From the NCBI GenBank assembly GCA_964642835.1, contig CAZXQA010000001.1, positions 202,831 to 266,830 of the forward strand: 64,000 nucleotides of DNA. The letters are read 5' to 3'. Numbering within the stretch: the first letter of the stretch is position 1; each line of letters begins with the position of its first letter. Source of the stretch: an uncultured Candidatus Saccharibacteria bacterium. Lineage in GTDB: Bacteria; Patescibacteriota; Minisyncoccia; Phycocordibacterales; Zambryskibacteraceae. A model generated the notes under the pieces. It was not told where the DNA came from, did not search any database, and saw nothing but the letters and a program-made list of their open reading frames with translations. Made by a program: the position numbers and the translations under genes. Positions 56,442 through 64,000 of this stretch are shown one piece after another.

Positions 56442-57038
56442 CTACCCTCTTTTCACCTTGAGAGGAGGGAGGTCGAGTTCAGAAAAATCGATCGGAGCTT
56501 GCCCAGTACGCGGGCGACGCTTGAGCGCCGACGAGAGCCGTTCGCTCATCTCAATCACATTTTCTCCTGAGGAGTTGGAAAAGATGAGCCAGCCATTCCA
56601 CACGAGTTTGTGGAGAGCGCCTTGAAGTTCTTTTCTTCGCTGCTCGAGCTCGTCGTCAGCAAGCTCGTACGTGCGGATAACCGACGTAAAGCCGCCGACC
56701 ATGAACGTTTGCGGCAGAAGACTCCGCAGCCGCGGTTTGGACATCTGCCCAAGCGTTGGCAACCACAAGAGCCAGTAGCAAACCCTCTTACGCGCGTAAC
56801 GCGTGCGAGCTAGTCGGAGTGCATGTTCATGCCGCCTGCGTGCTTCTTGCGAAGCTTGCACATCAGCTTCCATACTCTCATCAAACTCTTCAACGGTAAC
56901 CGGAGAGGAAGGATGCCGGTGGGCGAGGAGAGTGATACGGGAGACAACTTCCCGCTCGTGGATGTTCGAGAACATCCCACACAGGAATGAATTCTCAACA
57001 GGCACGTATTCAACAACAGAAAAAACGTTGTGACGCAT
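56442..57038 (-). CDS. hypothetical protein, monocistronic unit between twin terminators
   Basis: AAGGAGGT RBS 7 nt upstream of ATG; terminators with identical CATGAAGG loops on both sides. Confidence 0.45.
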   Translation of the reverse strand: MRHNVFSVVEYVPVENSFLCGMFSNIHEREVVSRITLLAHRHPSSPVTVEEFDESMEADVQASQEARRRHEHALRLARTRYARKRVCYWLLWLPTLGQMSKPRLRSLLPQTFMVGGFTSVIRTYELADDELEQRRKELQGALHKLVWNGWLIFSNSSGENVIEMSERLSSALKRRPRTGQAPIDFSELDLPPLKVKRG

Positions 57039-57100
57039 AGGACCTCCTTGTCCGTATGTGTGTTCTGCCTAGCATCCTGTAATAAAATTAGTTATTTGTC

Positions 57101-57134
57101 AAAAAGCTCCACCCATGAAGGTGGAGCTTTTTGT
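57101..57134. terminator. bidirectional terminator
   Basis: AAAAAGCTCCACC-CATGAA-GGTGGAGCTTTTT. Confidence 0.65.
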
Positions 57135-57267
57135 ATGCCATGACCCAAGTGGGACGTAATTGGAACCAGTTGGTAACAGAATTATACAATTGGCAGAAAT
57201 TCGGTAAAGAGTTGGCTAGGGTATAAAACAGAAAGCCCACCCTAAGGTAGGATTCCTGTTGGGTGGG

Positions 57268-57525
57268 CTAATGCATATCACAATTGCAGTTTCCGTCGCG
57301 GCAAAGCCGATGTTGTTCGACTCTGCGGACGAATTCCTCGACATCGTCCTGGTGGATCTCGAGAGAATGGTAATCGGCAGGAGTGCCCCTGAATCGAAGA
57401 CCCTCGCCCAGATTGGGGTAGCCCTGGATTTTTCCATCCACATAACGACTCGCGTACTGACACTGCTGCCTCAGTCGAGCTCGGGCGATATCGCCGAAGT
57501 TGACGAAACCCTCCGTCTGCGCCAT
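57268..57525 (-). CDS. small hypothetical protein with its own consensus promoter, SD and terminator
   Basis: AGGAGA 8 nt before ATG; C-terminal CRDGNCNCDMH Cys/His cluster; terminator hairpin CCCACCC..GGGTGGG plus T-run downstream. Confidence 0.5.
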   Translation of the reverse strand: MAQTEGFVNFGDIARARLRQQCQYASRYVDGKIQGYPNLGEGLRFRGTPADYHSLEIHQDDVEEFVRRVEQHRLCRDGNCNCDMH

Positions 57526-57576
57526 TTGAATTTCTCCTGTTTATGTTGGCGACAAGCCAAAATTGTCTCTATCACA

Positions 57577-57605
57577 ATACTAGCATATCAAAATCTATTT
57601 GTCAA
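57577..57605 (-). promoter_or_regulatory. near-consensus sigma70 promoter for small ORF
   Basis: minus strand TTGACA (57605-57600), 17-nt spacer, TAGTAT (57582-57577). Confidence 0.5.
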
Positions 57606-57610
57606 TAGTG

Positions 57611-57682
57611 TGACCCTACGGGGAATCGAACCCCGGTTTCGACCTTGAGAAGGTCACGTCCTAGCCGCTAGACGATAGGGCC
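57611..57682 (-). tRNA. tRNA-Glu (anticodon CTC), CCA not encoded
   Basis: minus-strand acceptor GGCCCTA/TAGGGTC (one G-U), anticodon stem TGACC/GGTCG with loop TTCTCAA, T-arm CGGGG-TTCGATT-CCCCG. Confidence 0.85.
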
Positions 57683-57780
57683 CTAACCCAGACACTTTAC
57701 TATATATGGAGCCATTTTCAAGGCAAAGAACGACGTGGTTATTGTCTCAACACGCCAAAATATGGTATCGTTACAGCATC

Positions 57781-58164
57781 ATGAATACGAAAAATAAAGC
57801 ATATATCGCCGGAATCGTCATTATCATTGGTCTTGCCGTAGTACTCTGGAACAAAAGTGGTTCGAGCGAACAACCGCCGGAAGTGATCCTCTTCGACGGA
57901 CAAGCTGCTGCCAAGGCTCTTAAGAACAGCGACCGCAATGTCACCCCAAGTGAATATGTGAAGAGAAACATCACCGGTCTCTCCGGCGAAGCAGGTATTG
58001 TCGCTTCTCTTGGTGGCACCTTCCAGGTAACAAAGATTGAGGCTGCAAACGGCAAGGGCACTGTCTCCTACGAAGATGGTCACAACTCTTACAGTGCTGA
58101 ATTCGCCTACACTGTCGACAAGAAAGGTCTCGTCTCCATCACCGCCTTCACGGTTAAGAAGTAA
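57781..58164 (+). CDS. hypothetical membrane-anchored protein
   Basis: MNTKNKAYIAGIVIIIGLAVVLW anchor; ATG at 57781 preferred over longer ORF. Confidence 0.5.
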   Translation: MNTKNKAYIAGIVIIIGLAVVLWNKSGSSEQPPEVILFDGQAAAKALKNSDRNVTPSEYVKRNITGLSGEAGIVASLGGTFQVTKIEAANGKGTVSYEDGHNSYSAEFAYTVDKKGLVSITAFTVKK

Positions 58165-58166
58165 GC

Positions 58167-58466
58167 ATGAAGAAGGGCGTTCTTAGCTTCCGCGACCAGG
58201 TGTACGCGGTGGTGAAGAAGATTCCTGCCGGAAAGGTTCTCACCTACAAACAAGTAGCGGCAAAGATTGGGAAACCAGGCGCCTCTCGCGCCGTGGGCAC
58301 CGTGCTCTCGAAGAATTATGATTCTACTGTGCCGTGCCACCGAGTTATTCGCTCGGATGGGAAAATTGGTAACTACAATAGGGGAGGTCAGTCGGGGAAG
58401 GTGAAGATTTTGAAAAAAGAAGGGTACCTGCCCACCCTCCCGCTGGTCGGGAGCAGGCGGGTTTGA
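58167..58466 (+). CDS. ogt: methylated-DNA-[protein]-cysteine S-methyltransferase (MGMT/Ogt DNA-binding domain only, 99 aa)
   Basis: active-site PCHRV motif. Confidence 0.85.
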   Translation: MKKGVLSFRDQVYAVVKKIPAGKVLTYKQVAAKIGKPGASRAVGTVLSKNYDSTVPCHRVIRSDGKIGNYNRGGQSGKVKILKKEGYLPTLPLVGSRRV

Positions 58467-58473
58467 AATAGAG

Positions 58474-58510
58474 AAAGGGCAGCTACCGGTTCGGTAGCTG
58501 CCCTTATTTA
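58474..58510. terminator. bidirectional terminator
   Basis: AAGGGCAGCTACCG-GTTC-GGTAGCTGCCCTT. Confidence 0.65.
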
Positions 58511-58699
58511 GTTGTCGTACCCGGCGGAGGCGCGCGCTGCGTCCTGCCGTGCCCGCGTCGCAGAGTCGAGTTCGTCGTACCGGAGCACCTTGTGTGCCGG
58601 CTCTCCGTATGGCGGAGGCACAGGTGGTCCGTCTTGGGCGGAACCGCTCTTCTTGCTCTTACCTGACTTACGGCGTCGACTTCGGTATTTGAAGGCCAT
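58508..58699 (-). CDS. hypothetical small basic protein downstream of yqeY-like gene
   Basis: ORF between yqeY-like gene and terminator; Arg/Lys-rich N-terminus; no motif. Confidence 0.3.
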   Translation of the reverse strand: MAFKYRSRRRKSGKSKKSGSAQDGPPVPPPYGEPAHKVLRYDELDSATRARQDAARASAGYDN

Positions 58700-58773
58700 C
58701 TGGCTCTCCCATCAATACTGGTTGCCGAGTGCGAGTGCTGGTTCTGACCCCCACATTAACACACAAACCCTCT

Positions 58774-59226
58774 TTAGGCAAAAAGGGTATCAATGACCTC
58801 TTTGACAAGCGTGCCATCGGCCTTGCCCTTGAGATCCTTCATGACGGCGCCCATGAACTGGTTCTTCTTGTCGGCTTCCGGTTTCTCGGCTTCCATCTTC
58901 GCCTTCACAAAGGCTTCAACCTCTTCCTTCGACATTTGAGCAGGCATGTAGGTCATGAGGACAGCGAGTTCCGCCTTCTCATCTTCGGCAAGCTCTGGAC
59001 GGCCCCCCTTCTCAAACTGCTCGATCGAGTCCTTGCGCTGCTTCACGGCACGAGAAATAACGGCGAGAGCCTCTTCGTCGGTGAGGACGTCGTCCGGCTT
59101 ACGACCCTTGGCAACCACTTCGTTGGTAAAGGAAGACATGAGACCGCGAATCACGGAAAGCTTGACGGCGTCCTTCGCCTTCATGGCTTCGATCATCTGG
59201 CCCTTAATATCGGTTTGGAGTGACAT
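58774..59226 (-). CDS. GatB/YqeY domain protein
   Basis: MSLQTDIKGQMIEAMKAKD... YqeY pattern; ATG at 59226 preferred. Confidence 0.8.
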   Translation of the reverse strand: MSLQTDIKGQMIEAMKAKDAVKLSVIRGLMSSFTNEVVAKGRKPDDVLTDEEALAVISRAVKQRKDSIEQFEKGGRPELAEDEKAELAVLMTYMPAQMSKEEVEAFVKAKMEAEKPEADKKNQFMGAVMKDLKGKADGTLVKEVIDTLFA

Positions 59227-59236
59227 GTTGTTTATC

Positions 59237-59983
59237 TTACTTATTATCAATAAATTTGAAAGTCTTCATGAGTCGATCGAAATCGAAAAGGTCTTGCCTC
59301 AACGAAGACGCGTAATGCCCTTCGCGAACCCATGTGGTCAAATTGCCGTTGTATTGTTTTTCCGCTTCTAGGAGTTCAGGGGAGTGAGCAGTTAATCGAT
59401 AAATTAACCAACCTTGCACTACCACCTGCGGCCCATATACTTCATAATCCTGGACAACAGCAGAACCCAAAGCATTAAATAGATTAGGGTAATAAAACAC
59501 AGGATATCCCTGTTCCGTTTTAAAGGTTCCTTGACCATAGATGTTAAAATTTGGCACCACAGGATTTGGTGTGAAGAGGCTCTCTTTTCGTTCAGAGATT
59601 TTTGTTAGAAATTGCCCATCGACACAAATCTCCGGGGAGCTTTCATTGAAGCCCGTTAAACCAATATCGATATAATCAGGGCGAGCAGTAAAGTTCAGCA
59701 CGTCCGAGGGAGCGATGGCGGAAGGGAAATAGGTTTTATGTGAAAATTCGCTAGGCACGCATTCAGACAAATCAAGGTTCCGATGAACCAAAACTACGTC
59801 GCCCCAACTTGTCGGATATTCAAAGCTTACATTCAATTCGCTATTTACATAACTCTTCCATTCTGAAGTTATTTCGGTAGGCGGAACAAAATAAAATCGG
59901 TACCAAATTCCGGCTCCCACCACTGCAAGGAGTAATACTGACAATATAAATCGCGAAGCCTGGCCCATAGTTTGTATTGACAT
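59237..59983 (-). CDS. hypothetical secreted/anchored protein
   Basis: signal anchor FILSVLLLAVVGAGIW. Confidence 0.5.
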   Translation of the reverse strand: MSIQTMGQASRFILSVLLLAVVGAGIWYRFYFVPPTEITSEWKSYVNSELNVSFEYPTSWGDVVLVHRNLDLSECVPSEFSHKTYFPSAIAPSDVLNFTARPDYIDIGLTGFNESSPEICVDGQFLTKISERKESLFTPNPVVPNFNIYGQGTFKTEQGYPVFYYPNLFNALGSAVVQDYEVYGPQVVVQGWLIYRLTAHSPELLEAEKQYNGNLTTWVREGHYASSLRQDLFDFDRLMKTFKFIDNK

Positions 59984-60047
59984 ACATTCAGTATAGGGGC
60001 TGTATCGATAAAGTGCGAATTACTGAGTTTAAAGGAGAAACGGTATA

Positions 60048-61130
60048 ATGGAAGACATGAACTTCACCTTCATTATTTTATCTGCCGTGCTTCTTGTTAA
60101 TATATGGCTCGCTTGGAAGCTCGCCCAGAAAAAGGAAGAGAAGGGGAGCGGCGAGGGGATGAATCTCCTTCTCACTCAACTCAACAACCTCTCTCACACC
60201 CTGGACCACAAGCTTGGAGAGGGCAACAAGACGATGCACCAGTTCATGGACTCGCAGTCGAGTCAGGCGCAGAAGCTTATGAGCACAATCACAAAGCAAG
60301 TCTCCGACCAGCTCGTCGAAGTGGTGAAGGGGGTGACGGAAACGCGCGAATCGACCAAACAAGTCTTCACCATCGCGGAGCAGCTGCGGAATTTGGAAAA
60401 GGTCTTGAAGAACCAGAAACAGCGCGGCAACTTAGGGGAAGCCTCTCTCGAGCTCATCCTCTCAAACGTGCTCCCCGGCCAATACGAGAGTCAGTACATG
60501 TTCGCCGATGGTGAGAAGGTAGACTTCATCATTAAAACGCCTTCCGGCCTTGTCCCTGTCGACGCCAAATTCCCACTTGAGAACTATATGCGCCTCGTGG
60601 ATGAAGTCGATGATGAGCGCAAGGAAATGTATCGCAAAGAGTTTAAAAACGATGTGAAAAAGAGGATTGACGAAACCGCGAAGTACATCCGCCCGAACGA
60701 AGAGACCTTGCCGTACGCCTTCATGTTTATCCCGGCCGAAGGGATCTACTACGACCTCTTAAACAACGATGTCGGAGTGGGGGTGAACGCGAACGACCTC
60801 ATGAACTACGCCTACCAGCAGAAGAACGTCATCATCACCTCGCCCACAACCTTCTTGGCGTATCTCCAGACGGTCCTCTTCGGCAATAAGCAGGCGAAGA
60901 TCCAGGAGGAAGCGAAGGATATTATCAAAAAGATTGGCGAGCTCCAGCGACACCTTGTCGCATATGAAGAGTCCCACAACAAGCTCGGGAAGACCTTAGG
61001 CACGGCAGTAAACCACTTCAATGACTCGAGTAAAGCCTTTAAGCGTATCGACAAGGACATTGTGAAGATTACCGAGAAAACGACCGAGATTGAACCTCTC
61101 ACCCTAGACAAACCGAGTAGCGAAGTGTAG
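60048..61130 (+). CDS. rmuC: DNA recombination protein RmuC
   Basis: N-terminal TM/coiled coil and RmuC C-terminal region (NLGEASLELIL..., VDAKFPLENY). Confidence 0.85.
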   Translation: MEDMNFTFIILSAVLLVNIWLAWKLAQKKEEKGSGEGMNLLLTQLNNLSHTLDHKLGEGNKTMHQFMDSQSSQAQKLMSTITKQVSDQLVEVVKGVTETRESTKQVFTIAEQLRNLEKVLKNQKQRGNLGEASLELILSNVLPGQYESQYMFADGEKVDFIIKTPSGLVPVDAKFPLENYMRLVDEVDDERKEMYRKEFKNDVKKRIDETAKYIRPNEETLPYAFMFIPAEGIYYDLLNNDVGVGVNANDLMNYAYQQKNVIITSPTTFLAYLQTVLFGNKQAKIQEEAKDIIKKIGELQRHLVAYEESHNKLGKTLGTAVNHFNDSSKAFKRIDKDIVKITEKTTEIEPLTLDKPSSEV

Positions 61131-61157
61131 TGTTCTGCGCAGAAATGGAGGTGGCAC

Positions 61158-61499
61158 ATGAACGTACCGAGACTGTTTCCCCAAGAACACCACAGCGTGG
61201 ACGATGGACTAGCAAAGGACCTTGCCTCAATAACTAACTACAGTTGGGGTGAGCCCATGCTGGTAATCATCACGATGCACTCACCAAGTGAGGTGACTCA
61301 CTTAAAGGCTACGATGCATGCCGTCTATGTCCTGACAAAGGATGGTGAGGGCAAGGCTATCGTCGAAGGCATGGTGATCGGCAAAGAATACGGCGAGGGA
61401 GGCAGGGCTCTCATCGAGAAGTTCGTTGAGATGATTCGAAAAACCCACGGCCTCCGGATCAGAATCAGCTACATCACCAAGCACTACAGACTCGAGTAA
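61158..61499 (+). CDS. hypothetical protein
   Basis: ORF with own strong terminator; no motif. Confidence 0.4.
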   Translation: MNVPRLFPQEHHSVDDGLAKDLASITNYSWGEPMLVIITMHSPSEVTHLKATMHAVYVLTKDGEGKAIVEGMVIGKEYGEGGRALIEKFVEMIRKTHGLRIRISYITKHYRLE

Positions 61500-61502
61500 C
61501 CT

Positions 61503-61541
61503 GCGGCGCGCCCACCCTGGGCGCGCCGCTATTGCTTTTTA
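61503..61541 (+). terminator. rho-independent terminator
   Basis: GCGGCGCGCCCA-CCCT-GGGCGCGCCGC then TATTGCTTTTT. Confidence 0.7.
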
Positions 61542-61568
61542 AGCCTCAATATGTAAAATAATACCCCT

Positions 61569-61943
61569 ATGACTGAAGCAACCACGACCAAGAAACCAGC
61601 CCGCAAAACCGCCCCAAAGAGCGGCCTCTATGCCGTATTCACGACCGGTGGCAAGCAGTACCGCGTCCAGGCAGGCAGCAAGGTGAAGATTGAGATCCTC
61701 CAGGGCGAACACGAGGAAGGCGAGACCCTCACCTTCGACCAGGTCCTCATGACCGACAACGGTGGCACCGACGTTACCCTCGGCAAGCCTTACATCTCGG
61801 GTGCCGCTGTGACCGCAAAGATCGCAAAGATCGGCCGCTACAAGACCGTCGACGTTATCAAGTACCAGCCGAAGTCCCGCTACTTCAAGAAGCGTGGCCA
61901 CCGCCAGCCGTACTTCGAGATCGAAGTCACCTCCGTTAAATAA
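61569..61943 (+). CDS. rplU: 50S ribosomal protein L21 with short N-terminal extension
   Basis: YAVFTTGGKQYRV...KYQPKSRYFKKRGHRQPYFEIEV. Confidence 0.85.
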   Translation: MTEATTTKKPARKTAPKSGLYAVFTTGGKQYRVQAGSKVKIEILQGEHEEGETLTFDQVLMTDNGGTDVTLGKPYISGAAVTAKIAKIGRYKTVDVIKYQPKSRYFKKRGHRQPYFEIEVTSVK

Positions 61944-61953
61944 GAAAATATAG

Positions 61954-61986
61954 AAAAGGCCCAGACATCTGTCTGGGCCTTTTCTT
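61954..61986. terminator. bidirectional terminator
   Basis: GGCCCAGAC-ATCT-GTCTGGGCC flanked by A-run and T-run. Confidence 0.65.
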
Positions 61987-61996
61987 TTACTGGAAG

Positions 61997-62599
61997 CTAG
62001 TGAGTGCGATTCTCTAACGCGCTCTTCAAGGTTTCTGGATCCGCGTATTCAAGCTCGGCACCCGTTGAAAGACCACGACCCAAGATAGAGAAAGTGAGGA
62101 GCCGACCTTTGAAATGCTCTTTAATAAACTCCGCCGTATGTTCACCGTCCTGATTCGCGTTCATGGCGAGGATGACTTCCGTGATGCGAGGTGAGGCATT
62201 GAGGCGCGCTTCGAGTTCGGCGAGGCGAATCCGTTTCTCCGGCTCCTTTTCTAAAATAGGCACCACGCCCCCTAAGACAAAGTAGCGTCCTTGGTACCCC
62301 CCGCTTCTCTCGAGAGCTTCGAGATCGACGTCACGAGGCACGAGCATGAGAAGAGTCTCATCGCGATGTTCGTCCGCGCACAAGCGACACAGAGCCTGCC
62401 CCGCACTCGCGGAAGGGAAGTAGCGGAAACATTCTCGACACTGGCTAATCTCCCGGCGGATACCGGCGATAGCGCGCGTCAGATCGTCGAGATACTGCTC
62501 GTTCTTATAGAGGAGGAAGTAGACAAAGCGCCGAGCTTGGCGAGGACCAATCCCGGGGAACTTAGAAAAGAGTTCCGTGAGCTTATCTAAAGAGTTCAT
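61997..62599 (-). CDS. recR: recombination protein RecR
   Basis: HhH GIGPRQARR, C4 zinc finger CRECFRYF...C, Toprim domain. Confidence 0.9.
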   Translation of the reverse strand: MNSLDKLTELFSKFPGIGPRQARRFVYFLLYKNEQYLDDLTRAIAGIRREISQCRECFRYFPSASAGQALCRLCADEHRDETLLMLVPRDVDLEALERSGGYQGRYFVLGGVVPILEKEPEKRIRLAELEARLNASPRITEVILAMNANQDGEHTAEFIKEHFKGRLLTFSILGRGLSTGAELEYADPETLKSALENRTH

Positions 62600-62620
62600 G
62601 TCGGTTCTCTAAGCTCTAAG

Positions 62621-64000
62621 CTAGAAGCTGTTAAAGTCTTCCTCGATCTTGCCGTAATTACTGTGATCGATTTCGATAAAGGTGTTGAAGCGGGAGTGAT
62701 AGTCGAGCGAGGCTGTGCCTAAAGGACCGTTGCGGTGCTTGGCGATGATGAGCTCTTTGCGTTGCACTTCGCGGACCTTGCCGGCCTCGTCGCGGATATC
62801 ACTGTCTTCCTGGTGAATAAACATCACCACGTCGGCGTCTTGCTCAATGGAACCGGAGTCACGAAGGTCGGAGAGCTTCGGCTTGCCGCCGCGTTGCTCG
62901 ATATTACGCGAGAGCTGAGAGAGCGCGATGACGGGAATGTTGAGCTCGCGGGCCAAGTGCTTCAAGCCGCGAGAGATCTCAGTGACTTGCTGCACGGTCG
63001 AGTCAGAAGCGCGAGCACTTGAAGGACTCATGAGCTGGAGGTAGTCGACGACGAGCATCTTTAAACCCTTTTCAATCTTCAACTTCCTCGCGGCGGAGCG
63101 CATCTTCATAATCGTGTTGCCCGGCTGATCGTCGATATAAATAGGAGTACGCGAGAGATCGTCGAGCGCATCGCGAATGTTCTTGAAGACGTCGTCGCGC
63201 CAGGTACCTGTCTGCGTACGCACACCCTTCCTGATCACGGAGGCATCGGTACGCGACTGGGCGGCCACGATACGGTCAACGAGCTGGTCGGCACTCATTT
63301 CGAGCGAGAAGATACCTACCGGAATCTTGTGCTCAGAGGCCGTGCGGCGTGCCACGTCGAGAGCAAAGGCCGTCTTACCGACGGAAGGCCTGGCGGCGAG
63401 GATGATGAGGTCTGAGGGCTGGAAGCCTCCCATGATGTCATCCAGGCACTTGAAGCCCGTCGGCACGCCGCGGAGCTCGTGCTCGGCGCTCGAGAGCTTC
63501 TCGAAGCGCTCGAAGGCGTCATGGAGAAGCGGCATAAGATCCTTGAAGCGCGCCGAGCCACCGTAGCGCTCGGTAATGTCGAAGATCTTCTTCTCCGCCT
63601 GGTCCAAGATTTCTTCGAGTTCGCCCGCTTCGTTGAAGCCCAAGTGCGAGAGATGTTCGGAAGCGCTAATGAGCTCGCGCATCATGAACTTCTTCATAAC
63701 GATATCCGCGTAGTGCTTGATGTTTGCCGAAGAAGGGACGGAGGAAGAGAGCTCGGTCAAGAAAGCGGCGCCGCCAATGCGCTCGAGCACTTCCTTTTCC
63801 TTCAGCCTCGTCGAGAGGGAGAGGAGGTCGATCGGCTGGTGCTTGCCGAAAAGTTCGAGCATTGCTTCAAAGACGATGCGATGCTTCTCGAAGTAGAAAG
63901 AGTGCGGACCAACGGTGTCGATGATCTCGTAGACCGCGTCCGGACGAAGCATGACGGAACCCAAGAGGGCCATCTCCGCCTCAAGCGAGTGCGGTGGGAT
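62621..64000 (-). CDS. dnaB: replicative DNA helicase DnaB (N-terminus runs off the window end)
   Basis: Walker A GKTAFAL, RecA-like core; reading frame continues past 63973 (IPPHSLEAE upstream of the tracked ATG). Confidence 0.9.
   Translation of the reverse strand: MPPHSLEAEMALLGSVMLRPDAVYEIIDTVGPHSFYFEKHRIVFEAMLELFGKHQPIDLLSLSTRLKEKEVLERIGGAAFLTELSSSVPSSANIKHYADIVMKKFMMRELISASEHLSHLGFNEAGELEEILDQAEKKIFDITERYGGSARFKDLMPLLHDAFERFEKLSSAEHELRGVPTGFKCLDDIMGGFQPSDLIILAARPSVGKTAFALDVARRTASEHKIPVGIFSLEMSADQLVDRIVAAQSRTDASVIRKGVRTQTGTWRDDVFKNIRDALDDLSRTPIYIDDQPGNTIMKMRSAARKLKIEKGLKMLVVDYLQLMSPSSARASDSTVQQVTEISRGLKHLARELNIPVIALSQLSRNIEQRGGKPKLSDLRDSGSIEQDADVVMFIHQEDSDIRDEAGKVREVQRKELIIAKHRNGPLGTASLDYHSRFNTFIEIDHSNYGKIEEDFNSF

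Noticed and set aside
1-64000. CRISPR arrays, transposases, integrases and prophage genes
   Set aside because: No regularly spaced direct repeats, DDE/tyrosine-recombinase motifs or phage structural genes were found on either strand.

Overview
This 64 kb window reads as a compact, gene-dense bacterial chromosome segment, mostly housekeeping, with roughly 55% GC by eye. Genes are short and often overlap, and clean rho-independent terminators are frequent. Several traits are those typical of streamlined, CPR/Patescibacteria-like genomes: type B ribosomal protein L31, a short EF-Ts, a split transketolase, and a monomeric PheRS that resembles the mitochondrial type.

I can support the following content:
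- Translation and RNA metabolism: rpsB-tsf, rpmE-prfA-prmC, rplY, rplU, a DEAD-box helicase, RNase J, a pseudouridine synthase, and an RRM protein.
- Chaperones: groES-groEL and an HtpX/LemA pair.
- Replication and repair: gyrB, dnaB (truncated at the 3' window edge), recR, rmuC, ogt, and nrdAB.
- Cell division: mraZ-rsmH-ftsL-ftsI.
- Central carbon metabolism: gap, rpiB, an rpe-like gene, split tkt, a pfkB-family kinase, and fba.
- Transporters: two ABC systems, one of them a tripartite HlyD/FtsX/ATPase exporter; an MFS transporter; a family-5 substrate-binding protein.
- An ECF sigma/anti-sigma pair, a processive GT2 glycosyltransferase operon, and three tRNAs: Ser-GGA, Thr-TGT and Glu-CTC.

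The non-routine content is as follows:
- Two promoter-to-terminator noncoding transcription units of about 310 and 390 nt with no ORF, one of them immediately upstream of tRNA-Ser.
- A low-GC block after tRNA-Ser carrying four tandem small membrane-anchored proteins whose leader and signal-anchor modules are duplicated in pairs.
- A roughly 35-45 bp repeat (TATCCCCA... plus a TGCAAAGGATAATCCTTTGCA palindrome) present three times in intergenic DNA, twice directly upstream of promoters.
- DnaA-box-like sites upstream of nrdA and gyrB.
- A GC-rich roughly 0.5 kb insert encoding a secreted mini-protein.
- Several orphan small genes that each have their own promoter and terminator.

I found no CRISPR array, transposase, integrase or recognisable defence system.
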